DNA from: Geotalea uraniireducens Rf4 | GTDB lineage: Bacteria > Desulfobacterota > Desulfuromonadia > Geobacterales > Geobacteraceae | Length of the DNA: 32,000 nt | Reading direction: 5' to 3' | Assembly (NCBI RefSeq): GCF_000016745.1 | Contig: NC_009483.1 | Location: 4,710,001 to 4,742,000, forward strand | In this document: positions 10,168 to 18,502 of the stretch, piece by piece | How the letters are laid out: the number at the start of each line of letters is the position of its first letter | Numbering within the stretch: the stretch's first letter is position 1 | The notes under the pieces: model-generated | Databases searched by the model: none | Told to the model about the DNA's origin: nothing | What the model saw: the letters and a program-made list of their open reading frames with translations, nothing else | Translations under genes and position numbers: made by a program

Positions 10168-11082
10168 TTATACCACCAGGCGATCATCCTTGTAACCGGC
10201 ATTCACTTCCAGTGCTTCCGACATCGACCGTATCGCCACCTCCAGCTGACTGTCGTCAGGCTCACGGGTGGTGAGCCGCTGCAGAGCAAGCCCCGGCGAG
10301 ATGAGGAGTTTGACGAGCGGCAGCTGGTCGTGCTTGGCGCTCCATTTCAACAGTTCGTAGGAAACACCTGCAATAAGCGGCAGAAGGATCACCCGGGAGC
10401 CTGCCTTTAAGTAGAACGGCCAGAGCTTGGGAATCAGGGAAAAAATGACGATGCTCACCATCATCACGATGAGGAGAAAGCTGGTGCCGCAGCGGGGATG
10501 GAGACAACTGTACTTGCGCACATTCTCAACAGTGAGCTCTTCACCCGCCTCGAAAGCGAAAATAGACTTATGCTCCGCCCCGTGATACTGAAAGACCCGC
10601 TGAATGTCACCCATCCTGGATATGGAGAAGATGTAAATGAGGAATACCGCCATCCGGATCACCCCGTCCACCAGATTGAAGATTATGTTGGATTCACCGA
10701 TAACGGGGGTAAGGAGTTTGGTAAGGTAGAGGGGGAGAACGAAAAAAAGGAGGATGCCAAAGCCGAATGCCACCGCCATGGTGCCCGCCATGGCCCAGGA
10801 AGACAACTCTTGCTTCGCCTCTCCTTCCTTCTCTTCAGCCATCGCCTCATTGGCGGAGAAGTTGAGCGCCGTGATGCCGATGATCAGCGATGAAAAGAGC
10901 GCCACCGCCCCTCGGACAATGGGAAGCTTTACCAGAGGAAACCGCTCCGACAGGGGAACGACCTCTTCCTTCTTGATGACGATCTCACCGGATGGCCGCC
11001 GAACCGCAATAGCCATGGAGCGGGGCGCTCGCATCATGACCCCTTCGATTACCGCTTGTCCGCCGATATTGATCTTTGCCAT
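10168..11082 (-). CDS. DUF1385 domain-containing membrane protein (YqhQ-like)
   Basis: 304 aa. MAKINIGGQAVIEGVMMR..., YHGAEHK and CGTSF motifs that I associate with DUF1385. It has several TM segments and the conserved position next to prfA. Confidence 0.75.
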   Translation of the reverse strand: MAKINIGGQAVIEGVMMRAPRSMAIAVRRPSGEIVIKKEEVVPLSERFPLVKLPIVRGAVALFSSLIIGITALNFSANEAMAEEKEGEAKQELSSWAMAGTMAVAFGFGILLFFVLPLYLTKLLTPVIGESNIIFNLVDGVIRMAVFLIYIFSISRMGDIQRVFQYHGAEHKSIFAFEAGEELTVENVRKYSCLHPRCGTSFLLIVMMVSIVIFSLIPKLWPFYLKAGSRVILLPLIAGVSYELLKWSAKHDQLPLVKLLISPGLALQRLTTREPDDSQLEVAIRSMSEALEVNAGYKDDRLVV

Positions 11083-11127
11083 ATTTTCCTCGTGTTGACT
11101 GCGAACAGGTACAGACAGACGTGTTCC

Positions 11128-11823
11128 CTAAAAATTCCTGAAAAACTCCCGCACCGCCACAATCTTGCCGCAGGTCATGGTCCCTTCAGGGCAGGGGCCT
11201 GAGAGACATCCCGGCCCGGCATCCCTGAAAATAGTCGGAGCAATCCCTTTCACCAGCTTCAGCATCTCCAGTGACATCGCCCTGATCTCCCACTGGGCGC
11301 GCTCGCAGCAACGTACCGCAAAGAAATGAAGCAATTCGCGGGCGTTCATGGTCACCATGATTTTGGTCTCAGTGGCATTGGGCAGAATGTAGCGGGCATC
11401 CTCCGCCGGAATTCCTGCTTCGACCATCTCGGCATAGGCCTGATGCAAAGCCTGCAACTGGGCCTCAAAACGGGCCAGCACGTCAGGCCGTTCGCCAATG
11501 GTCGGAGGAATTACCGCGGCAAACCGTTCTTTGTGGGAAACGTAGCGCTGTGACTGCTGGGAGTAGGAGGCCACCCGGTGACGTACCAGCTGGTGGGAGG
11601 TTACCCGCGAAATACCTTCGATGCCGAAGGTAAAAGAGGCATGCTCCAGCACGGACTGGTGACCGAGCGACATGATCTTGTCGAGGAACGTCCGGATATC
11701 GGCGCCGGAAAGCCTCTGCTTAAGCTCGTCGATGGCAACCGGCGAATAGCAAAGCCTTGCAGCAAGGGCCACGGTCATTTCCGGGTCGGGGGTATGTTGA
11801 AGAAGCGCAACCTTCATTGACAT
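11128..11823 (-). CDS. thyX: FAD-dependent thymidylate synthase ThyX
   Basis: 231 aa. The ThyX signature RHRxxSxxxxSxR is present as RHRVASYSQQSQRY. Confidence 0.9.
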   Translation of the reverse strand: MSMKVALLQHTPDPEMTVALAARLCYSPVAIDELKQRLSGADIRTFLDKIMSLGHQSVLEHASFTFGIEGISRVTSHQLVRHRVASYSQQSQRYVSHKERFAAVIPPTIGERPDVLARFEAQLQALHQAYAEMVEAGIPAEDARYILPNATETKIMVTMNARELLHFFAVRCCERAQWEIRAMSLEMLKLVKGIAPTIFRDAGPGCLSGPCPEGTMTCGKIVAVREFFRNF

Positions 11824-11983
11824 CCTTATTCCAATTCCAAACCAATGCGCTATCTTCGTTGGCTCGTCTTCGGCTCCTCAACGTACCATCTGTACGCCTT
11901 CGTCGCCTCACTCCTCGCCGCCTTGATTTCATCCTTGATTTGAAATTGGAATTAACCACAAATTGGGCAAAAAATCCGGCTTG

Positions 11984-12023
11984 AAAAAACAGTTAAGGGG
12001 ATTTCGCCATGGACAAAATCCCC
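11984..12023 (-). terminator. Candidate intrinsic terminator after rpmE
   Basis: The minus-strand RNA reads GGGGAUUUUGUCCAUGGCGAAAUCCCC (8-bp stem) followed by UUAACUGUUUUUU, about 30 nt after the rpmE stop. Confidence 0.55.
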
Positions 12024-12052
12024 CCTAATAAATCCGCAAGGCAGGAGCCCTG

Positions 12053-12250
12053 TTACATGCCGTATCGCCTCTTGAATCTCTCAACACGCCCGGCAGTATC
12101 GATAAGCTTTTGCTTGCCGGTAAAGAACGGGTGACAGGCAGAGCAGATTTCCGTGGAAATCTCAGGCTTGGTGGAGCGTGTCTGGAACGTATTGCCGCAG
12201 AGACATTTCACGGTAACTTCCGTGTAATTGGGGTGAATTCCTTCTTTCAT
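12053..12250 (-). CDS. rpmE: 50S ribosomal protein L31
   Basis: [64 protein letters not shown]. The ATG at 12250 is preceded by GAGGAGGAAGAT (Shine-Dalgarno). The longer track ORF adds 17 non-conserved codons. Confidence 0.9.
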   Translation of the reverse strand: MKEGIHPNYTEVTVKCLCGNTFQTRSTKPEISTEICSACHPFFTGKQKLIDTAGRVERFKRRYGM

Positions 12251-12350
12251 ATCTTCCTCCTCGCAGGGGTGCCCCCCTGATTTCTTATTTAATTTGTGCA
12301 TTCGAAAGTTTTTAAATTAGCACCATTGATCTAATTTTTCAACACCTTTT

Positions 12351-13598
12351 TCACTTACTCATGGAATCAAGGAACGCCTGGTTACCCTTGGTCCCCTCAA
12401 GCTTGGAGATGAGGAATTCCATACTGTCCACCACATTCATGGGATGGAGCACCTTGCGCAGAATCCAGATCCGGTTGAGGGCGCTTTTCTCGATGAGAAG
12501 TTCCTCCTTGCGGGTACCGGACTTGTTAATGTCGATAGCCGGGAAGGTACGCTTCTCGACCAGCTTGCGGTCGAGATGAAGTTCCATGTTGCCGGTCCCT
12601 TTGAACTCTTCGAAGATGACCTCATCCATCTTGCTGCCGGTATCGACCAGGGCAGTGGCGATGATCGTGAGCGAGCCGCCCTCTTCGATGTTGCGGGCTG
12701 CACCGAAGAAGCGCTTCGGTTTGTGCAGGGCATTGGAGTCGACGCCGCCGGAAAGGATTTTGCCGGAAGGGGGAATGACCGTATTGTAGGCACGGGCCAA
12801 ACGGGTAATGGAGTCAAGGAGGATCACCACATCCCGCTTGTGCTCGACAAGCCGTTTGGCCTTCTCGATTACCATCTCCGCCACCTGGATATGACGCGAG
12901 GCGGGCTCATCGAAGGTGGAGGAAATCACCTCTCCGTTGACCGAGCGCTGCATGTCGGTCACCTCTTCCGGACGTTCATCGATGAGAAGGACGATAAGGA
13001 ATACTTCGGGGTGGTTTTCGGCAATGGAGTTGGCGATATTCTGGATCAGCATGGTCTTGCCGGTGCGGGGCGGTGCGACGATCAGACCGCGCTGCCCCTT
13101 GCCGATGGGCGCTATCAGCTCCACCACCCGCATCGGCATATTGTCGGGCGTTGTCTCAAGCTTCAGCTTCTCTTCGGGATAAAGTGGCGTCAGGTTGTCG
13201 AAGAGGATCTTATCCCTCGCCACATCCGGCGATTCATGGTTGACAGATTCAACCTTGAGCAGGGCGAAATAACGCTCACCCTCCTTGGGAGGCCTGATCT
13301 GGCCGGAAACGGTATCGCCTGTGTGAAGGTTGAAACGGCGGATCTGGCTTGGGCTGACATAGATGTCGTCCGGCCCCGGCAGATAGTTGTAATCCGGCGC
13401 CCTCAAGAAACCAAATCCATCCGGCAGGGTTTCAAGCACACCCTCGCCAAAGATCATGCCGTTTTTCTCGGTCTGGGCATTGAGGATGGCAAAAATCAGG
13501 TCCTGCTTGCGCAGACTGGAAGCGCCCTCAATATTCAGACCCTTGGCAATAGCGGTCAGCTCATTGATTTTTTTACCCTTTAATTCTTGTAAGTTCAT
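12351..13598 (-). CDS. rho: Transcription termination factor Rho
   Basis: 415 aa. N-terminal [25 protein letters not shown], an RNA-binding domain, and Walker [13 protein letters not shown]. Confidence 0.95.
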   Translation of the reverse strand: MNLQELKGKKINELTAIAKGLNIEGASSLRKQDLIFAILNAQTEKNGMIFGEGVLETLPDGFGFLRAPDYNYLPGPDDIYVSPSQIRRFNLHTGDTVSGQIRPPKEGERYFALLKVESVNHESPDVARDKILFDNLTPLYPEEKLKLETTPDNMPMRVVELIAPIGKGQRGLIVAPPRTGKTMLIQNIANSIAENHPEVFLIVLLIDERPEEVTDMQRSVNGEVISSTFDEPASRHIQVAEMVIEKAKRLVEHKRDVVILLDSITRLARAYNTVIPPSGKILSGGVDSNALHKPKRFFGAARNIEEGGSLTIIATALVDTGSKMDEVIFEEFKGTGNMELHLDRKLVEKRTFPAIDINKSGTRKEELLIEKSALNRIWILRKVLHPMNVVDSMEFLISKLEGTKGNQAFLDSMSK

Positions 13599-13817
13599 CA
13601 GTTCTCCTGCAATGACGCAAATATACCTTTTATCGGCAAAGCCATGCTTTATTTTAAATTTTAAATTATTTCCAGTTGATTACACCTGGGGCTACCGGGG
13701 AAGTGCTTAAATGGTCTTATGTAATTATCTTTGAAGTTACGTTATTGAGGTGTCGGTTCTATCTCGGTATGAATGTAGAGGCAACTAAGCTGGGCCAAAT
13801 CGAGGAATGATATAGAT

Positions 13818-13846
13818 ATATAAACCGCAATTATCGCCTTTGTCAA
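13818..13846 (-). promoter_or_regulatory. Possible sigma-70 promoter for rho (long leader)
   Basis: On the minus strand: TTGACA (13846-13841), a 17-nt spacer, then TTATAT (13823-13818). This would give a leader of roughly 210 nt. The call is weak and based on the motif only. Confidence 0.3.
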
Positions 13847-13944
13847 TACAATTTATTACGCCGCTACCGCCTCCCCTGCAAAGTAAATCATCCCATATCA
13901 CGAAAAAATTTCAAGCCTTCAAGGCGCAGATTTCATAAGTTTTA

Positions 13945-13973
13945 TTGACGCATCACCATCGTCACCTTATAAT
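13945..13973 (+). promoter_or_regulatory. Near-consensus sigma-70 promoter for the HyfB/NuoL-like gene
   Basis: TTGACG (13945-13950), exactly 17 nt, then TATAAT (13968-13973). GGAGGAGG (13982-13989) and the ATG at 13992 follow. Confidence 0.55.
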
Positions 13974-13991
13974 TTACCACCGGAGGAGGGA

Positions 13992-16001
13992 ATGGCTATG
14001 GCGCTCGGAAACATGACGGATCCTGCAATGCTTGTGGCCATTGGCGCGACTCTCGCTGCGTTGTCCGGCGTGCCGGGGTTGTTCCTGAAAGACACACCGG
14101 ACACGGGGCAAAAACTGGCCACCGCCCTGGTCGCTCTCGCCGCCCTGGCAGGACTGAGCGGCGCATTTATCTTTTTCTTGCACGGAACGCCTGTCATTTA
14201 CACCATCTCCTGCAGCCTCCCGTTCGGCCCCTGCGAAATCGGCCTCGACCATCTTTCCGCAGTCTTTCTCCTCATCATTTTCCTTATCTCCATTTGTTGT
14301 AGCATCTACGCCACCGGTTATTGGCCGGCAGCAAGCAACCAGCGGACATCGCGCAAGCTGACATTTTTCTTCGGCCTTTTAACGGCTGCCCTGGTTTTGC
14401 TCGTCATAGCCCGGGACAGCATCCTCTTTCTCATGGCCTGGGAAGTCATGGCCCTCTCCGCATATTTCGTCCTGACCACCGAAGACCATAAACCCGAGGT
14501 GCGTGAGGCGGGCATCATCTACATGGTGGCCACCCATACAGGCACCTTGGCCCTGTTCGCCATGTTCAGCCTGCTCAAAGGTGCCGCTGCCTCCCACCAG
14601 TTTTCCGCCATGACGGCCATAAACCCTGCACCGCCACTGGCGGCCGCAATTTTCTGCACAGCGCTGTTCGGCTTCGGATTGAAAGCCGGGTTGATGCCTC
14701 TGCATATCTGGCTCCCGTCGGCCCATGCAACTGCGCCGAGCCACATCTCAGCGATTATGTCCGGCGTGATGATAAAGACCGGGATTTACGGCATCATCCG
14801 CGTCCTCTCATTTTTCCCTCAACCACCCATTTGGTGGGGAATAACACTCTTAGTAGCCGGTATAGTCTCCGCCGTACTCGGCGTGGCATTTGCCCTGGGC
14901 CAGCACGACCTCAAGCGTCTCCTCGCCTACCACAGCATTGAAAACATCGGCATCATTTTCATGGGAATCGGAGTTGCCGTCATCGGCCAAGCCACCGGCC
15001 AGCCGCTTCTGACCGTCCTGGGCATGGCAGGAGCGCTCCTGCACACATTGAATCATGCACTGTTCAAATCTCTTCTCTTCCTCGGCGCAGGAGCGGTCAT
15101 CCACGCCACCCATACCAGAGAAATAGACCGGATGGGAGGCCTGGCCAAGGCCATGCCCTGGACCGCCATCCTGTTCCTGCTGGGAGCCGTCGCCATCTGC
15201 GGACTGCCGCCGTTGAACGGCTTTGTCAGTGAATATCTCATCTATCTGGGATTTTTCGGCGGAGTGAACACCGTAAGCGGACCGGCTGTCCCGGCCATGG
15301 CGTTGGCCGCCCCATCCCTTGCGCTGGTCGGCGCACTGGCTGTCGCCTGCTTTGTCAAGGTTTTCGGCATCGTATTTCTTGGCGCCCGCCGCTCCCGGGA
15401 AATTGAACCCCTTCAGGATGCCGGTTGGCCAATGCGTGCGCCGATGATCCTGCTGGGTGCGCTTTGCGTTATTATCGGCTTATTTCCCCAGCTTGTCGCA
15501 AGACTCCTCCAGCCGACCATCTACAGTTGGGCGCCGACACTGGTCATCACCGGCCAGACCATCCCATCCGCTGCCCCCTTGGGATGGATAACCGTTTTAG
15601 GTTTAGCACTGCTGACACTGGGGGGACTGCTCGCCTTTGACTTCTACCGACGAATCAAACAAGAGACGGTCGGCACCTCTGGCACCTGGGGTTGCGGTTA
15701 CCTGAAACCATCCCCCCGCATGCAGTACAGCGCCTCATCATTTGCCGAGATGATCGTAAAGCTATTTGCCGGCGCACTTCGACCCCATGTTGAAAAACCG
15801 GATATTACGGGGCCTTTCCCCCAACGATCACGGTTTGCGAGCCATGTTCCCGAGGCTGTCCTGGAACTGGGCATCGTACCGTTTTTCAAGGCTGTCGATG
15901 AAAGGTTCGCCACCATCCGGCGACTGCAGCACGGGCAACTCCACCTCTACATCCTCTACGTCTTCATCACCTTATGCCTGCTATTGGTCTGGGCCATGTA
16001 A
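13992..16001 (+). CDS. Proton-conducting membrane transporter subunit, hydrogenase-4 subunit B / NuoL / MrpA-like (orphan)
   Basis: 669 aa and highly hydrophobic. Antiporter-like subunit motifs are present: MAWEVMALSAYFVL, LLAYHSIENIGIIFMGIG, LNHALFKSLLFLGAGAVIH. The C-terminal extension is HyfB-like. No other hydrogenase or complex I subunit gene is in the window. Confidence 0.75.
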   Translation: MAMALGNMTDPAMLVAIGATLAALSGVPGLFLKDTPDTGQKLATALVALAALAGLSGAFIFFLHGTPVIYTISCSLPFGPCEIGLDHLSAVFLLIIFLISICCSIYATGYWPAASNQRTSRKLTFFFGLLTAALVLLVIARDSILFLMAWEVMALSAYFVLTTEDHKPEVREAGIIYMVATHTGTLALFAMFSLLKGAAASHQFSAMTAINPAPPLAAAIFCTALFGFGLKAGLMPLHIWLPSAHATAPSHISAIMSGVMIKTGIYGIIRVLSFFPQPPIWWGITLLVAGIVSAVLGVAFALGQHDLKRLLAYHSIENIGIIFMGIGVAVIGQATGQPLLTVLGMAGALLHTLNHALFKSLLFLGAGAVIHATHTREIDRMGGLAKAMPWTAILFLLGAVAICGLPPLNGFVSEYLIYLGFFGGVNTVSGPAVPAMALAAPSLALVGALAVACFVKVFGIVFLGARRSREIEPLQDAGWPMRAPMILLGALCVIIGLFPQLVARLLQPTIYSWAPTLVITGQTIPSAAPLGWITVLGLALLTLGGLLAFDFYRRIKQETVGTSGTWGCGYLKPSPRMQYSASSFAEMIVKLFAGALRPHVEKPDITGPFPQRSRFASHVPEAVLELGIVPFFKAVDERFATIRRLQHGQLHLYILYVFITLCLLLVWAM

Positions 16002-16364
16002 CGGTTCTGCAGCCTGATATTTTTCTTTCGCCTTCTTTTTCCGTTTCGCCTTCTGTTTGCGTATCTTCTCCTGTTTCAGGTCACCGGCAGTGGCAATACC
16101 CGCCCGTGCCTCGATTTTCTCAAGCAATTCCCGCCGGGCGAGAAAGCGGTTGAGGGATTGGCTCCGCTCGCGCATGCACTTCACCTCGATCCCGGTCGGC
16201 TTGTGCTTCAGATAGACACAGGTTGAGGTCTTGTTCACATGCTGCCCCCCCTTTCCCGAGGAGCGGATGAACTGCTCATCGATATCTTCTTCCCGAACCC
16301 CGAGTGACTCCATCTTCTGCCTGAGCCACCTGTTCTTTTCTTCACTGACAGCGAATATCGACAT
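15981..16364 (-). CDS. arfB: RF-1 domain (GGQ) peptidyl-tRNA hydrolase, ArfB-like ribosome rescue factor
   Basis: 127 aa. SSGKGGQHVNKTSTCV is the GGQ motif, followed by a lysine-rich C-terminal tail (KQEKIRKQKAKRKKKAKEK) like ArfB/YaeJ. The 3' end overlaps the convergent HyfB-like gene by 21 nt. Confidence 0.7.
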   Translation of the reverse strand: MSIFAVSEEKNRWLRQKMESLGVREEDIDEQFIRSSGKGGQHVNKTSTCVYLKHKPTGIEVKCMRERSQSLNRFLARRELLEKIEARAGIATAGDLKQEKIRKQKAKRKKKAKEKYQAAEPLHGPDQ

Positions 16365-16384
16365 GTCTCGACCTTAGCACAAAA

Positions 16385-16615
16385 TTGGCTGGTTCGGAAG
16401 CAGGTGAAACGCGAATGCGGGTCAACTACGGGCTGAATAAGGTCCGTTTCCCGGCGCCGGTGATCGCCGGTTCGCGGATCAGGACCAGGAGCCTGCTGCA
16501 GAGCGCGGAAGGGGTGGGAAAGGCGGTGCAGGTTATCTGCCGCATCACCGTCGAGATAGCAGGCAATGACAAGCCCGCATGCAGCGCCGAATATATTGCA
16601 CGGGTCTATCCATAA
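16385..16615 (+). pseudogene. C-terminal remnant of a MaoC-like (R)-hydratase / hotdog-fold dehydratase
   Basis: The 76-aa ORF has a TTG start. RVNYGLNKVRFPAPVIAGSRIRTRSLLQSAEGVGKAVQVICRITVEIAGNDKPACSAEYIARVY resembles only the C-terminal half of MaoC dehydratases of about 150 aa. The N-terminal half is missing. Confidence 0.45.
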
Positions 16616-16629
16616 ACTTACCGCGTTAT

Positions 16630-16739
16630 CCTGGAATCTGATTAGCGCTGATCTTCCGCCAACAGCAATTTCTTGGAAAGTCCCCCTTTAAGAAAGGGGG
16701 GGATCTCTCAGCGGAAGATTGACGCTAATCAGGTCCTGG
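16630..16739. repeat. Nested imperfect inverted repeat (about 110 nt) with an inner 8-bp hairpin
   Basis: Outer arms CCTGGAATCTGATTAGCGCTGATCTTCCGC (16630-16659) and GCGGAAGATTGACGCTAATCAGGTCCTGG (16711-16739) contain perfect 9-, 6- and 3-bp blocks. The inner hairpin is CCCCCTTT-AAG-AAAGGGGG (16682-16700). Confidence 0.6.
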
Positions 16740-16988
16740 AATTACCAGAATATTCATCATGGAATGATGGTCTCCTTGACCACGAAACTTGCACTTTGTG
16801 GAAAATATGTTTTATTCAAGATGGGGATTTAGCTCTGCCTGACCGAGCAGACCGTGTGAAGGACAACGTGATGACCTGAGACTTTGTATATTTTCCCCGG
16901 ACGACTCAATAGTGCACTCCTGACAGAAAACTACTGCCATTCACAACAAGCGGATGATGTAGATCTAACATGGAAAGGAGAATTTCTT

Positions 16989-18401
16989 ATGAGTGGGAAA
17001 AAGCAGCGTTACATCAGGATCGCGTCGTTAGTAACAGCCGGTGCCGCATTGGCCACGGTAACCGCCACCCTGGCCGCATCTGACCGGCCGGTCGGCACAA
17101 CCAGCTATGCCCCCGTCGCCGACACCACACCCTTTGCCAGCGTCCGGCAAACCATGGAAAAAGCAAAGCCCGCAGTGATGCAGCGGCAGCTGGAGCTGCT
17201 CTCTGAACGGTACGACCTCGGCGACAAACCCCTCGCAGGGGTGAAGATGTCGCGCGGGAAGTCCGTGCAAGAAGGGGTCCGGGTCAAACTCCCCAAAGAG
17301 GTTAGCTGGCAGCAGCTCGCCGCCATGGGCTCGGAACAGATTCGCAACAAAGACCTGTTTCCCAAAGGGTTCATGCCGTTGCCCCACCCCAATCACCCTG
17401 AGGGGGGGATGCTCTTCCCCAAGTTTCACATCGACGAAATCAGGAAGCAGACCGGCCGCGACCTGACCCGCTTTGACCTGGACTTCGATCTGCCCAACCA
17501 CGTGCTGCCCGAATTCCCCCCCGCCATCTTCCTGACGACCCGCCCCGACCTGGGGGACGTTTCCCAGGGCAAGGTGGTGACCACCCAGAATTTCTTCGAG
17601 TTGTTCAACGGCATCCTCAACCCCAAGCAGCTCGAAGGTTTGCGGCTGCTGCTCACCCCCTTTCCCCAGCAGCAGTTCAATGCCACCAGCGACCGTCGTT
17701 CGGCCGAGCCGAGCCTGGGAGTGTCCTGTTTCGATTGTCACGTCAACGGCCACACCAATGGAGCCACCCACCTGGTGGGCGACATCCGGCCCCAGGAACT
17801 GCGCCACCGGCTTGACACACCGCCGCTGCGCGGGGTCAACATCCAGCGGCTGTTCGGCTCCCAGCGGGCACTGAAAAGCGTCGAAGACTTCACCGAGTTC
17901 GAACAGCGCGCCGCCTACTTCGACGGCGACCCGGTGATCGCCACCAAGAAAGGGGTCAACATACTCGAGCGGGGCAGCCAGGTCCACTTCATGGCCGAGT
18001 TCCAGGAACTGCTGGACTTCCCGCCGGCACCGAAACTCGACCTGTTCGGCAAGCTCGATCCCGCCAAGGCGAGCGAGAGTGAACTGCGCGGCCAGACGGT
18101 CTTTTTCGGCAAGGCCCGCTGTGCCGAGTGCCATCCCGCCCCCTACTACACCGACAACCTGATGCACAACCTGAAGGTGGAGCGCTTCTACAAACCCCAG
18201 CTGATCAACGGCCGGCTGGCGAGCGCTGATGGCCCGATCAAGACCTTCCCGCTACGGGGCATCAAGGAGTCCCCTCCCTACCTGCATGACGGACGCCTGC
18301 TGACCCTGGCCGACACCATCGAGTTTTTCAACCTGGTAACCGGCGTCAACCTCACCGAGGAGGAGAAAAAGGATCTGCTCGCCTTCATGCTCACCCTGTA
18401 G
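16989..18401 (+). CDS. Di-heme c-type cytochrome, cytochrome c peroxidase / MauG family, with N-terminal extension and signal peptide
   Basis: There are two CXXCH sites (CFDCH, CAECH). The C-terminal FPLRGIKESPPYLHDGRLLTLADTIEFF resembles the CCP/MauG motif. The ATG at 16989 follows AAGGAG and gives the signal-like sequence MSGKKQRYIRIASLVTAGAALATVTATLAA. Confidence 0.65.
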   Translation: MSGKKQRYIRIASLVTAGAALATVTATLAASDRPVGTTSYAPVADTTPFASVRQTMEKAKPAVMQRQLELLSERYDLGDKPLAGVKMSRGKSVQEGVRVKLPKEVSWQQLAAMGSEQIRNKDLFPKGFMPLPHPNHPEGGMLFPKFHIDEIRKQTGRDLTRFDLDFDLPNHVLPEFPPAIFLTTRPDLGDVSQGKVVTTQNFFELFNGILNPKQLEGLRLLLTPFPQQQFNATSDRRSAEPSLGVSCFDCHVNGHTNGATHLVGDIRPQELRHRLDTPPLRGVNIQRLFGSQRALKSVEDFTEFEQRAAYFDGDPVIATKKGVNILERGSQVHFMAEFQELLDFPPAPKLDLFGKLDPAKASESELRGQTVFFGKARCAECHPAPYYTDNLMHNLKVERFYKPQLINGRLASADGPIKTFPLRGIKESPPYLHDGRLLTLADTIEFFNLVTGVNLTEEEKKDLLAFMLTL

Positions 18402-18502
18402 CGGTCGGCCAGAGGGGGTCGGGAAACCATGCGGAGCGCGTCGACTCGTTGCACACTATGACCAGGTCTCTGGCGGGTAAGTAATGTTTTATCCGCCACA
18501 CC

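Noticed and set aside
12444-13583. 379-aa ORF on the + strand.
   Set aside because: It is antisense to rho, so it is a shadow ORF.
15680-15695. Sigma-54-like TGGCAC...TTGC inside the HyfB-like CDS.
   Set aside because: The spacer is 6 nt instead of 5, so the GG-GC distance is off by one. The site lies deep inside a coding region with no downstream gene to serve.
16673-16879. 68-aa ORF overlapping the nested inverted repeat.
   Set aside because: It starts inside the hairpin, has no Shine-Dalgarno sequence, has no recognisable domain and has an odd composition. It is most likely non-coding.
16740-16988. I looked for a c-di-GMP (GEMM) or other riboswitch in the long leaders of the cytochrome, PilZ and DUF606 genes. 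Such elements are common in Geobacter.
   Set aside because: I could not find the conserved GEMM-I elements (for example an ACGCAAAGC-type core, or a GNRA tetraloop and receptor arrangement) or the motifs of the guanidine or fluoride classes. A covariance-model scan would be needed to exclude them fully.
17028-18167. 379-aa ORF on the - strand.
   Set aside because: It is antisense to the di-heme cytochrome gene, which has CXXCH motifs, a signal peptide and a good Shine-Dalgarno sequence. The antisense product is Gly/Arg/Val-rich and lacks motifs.
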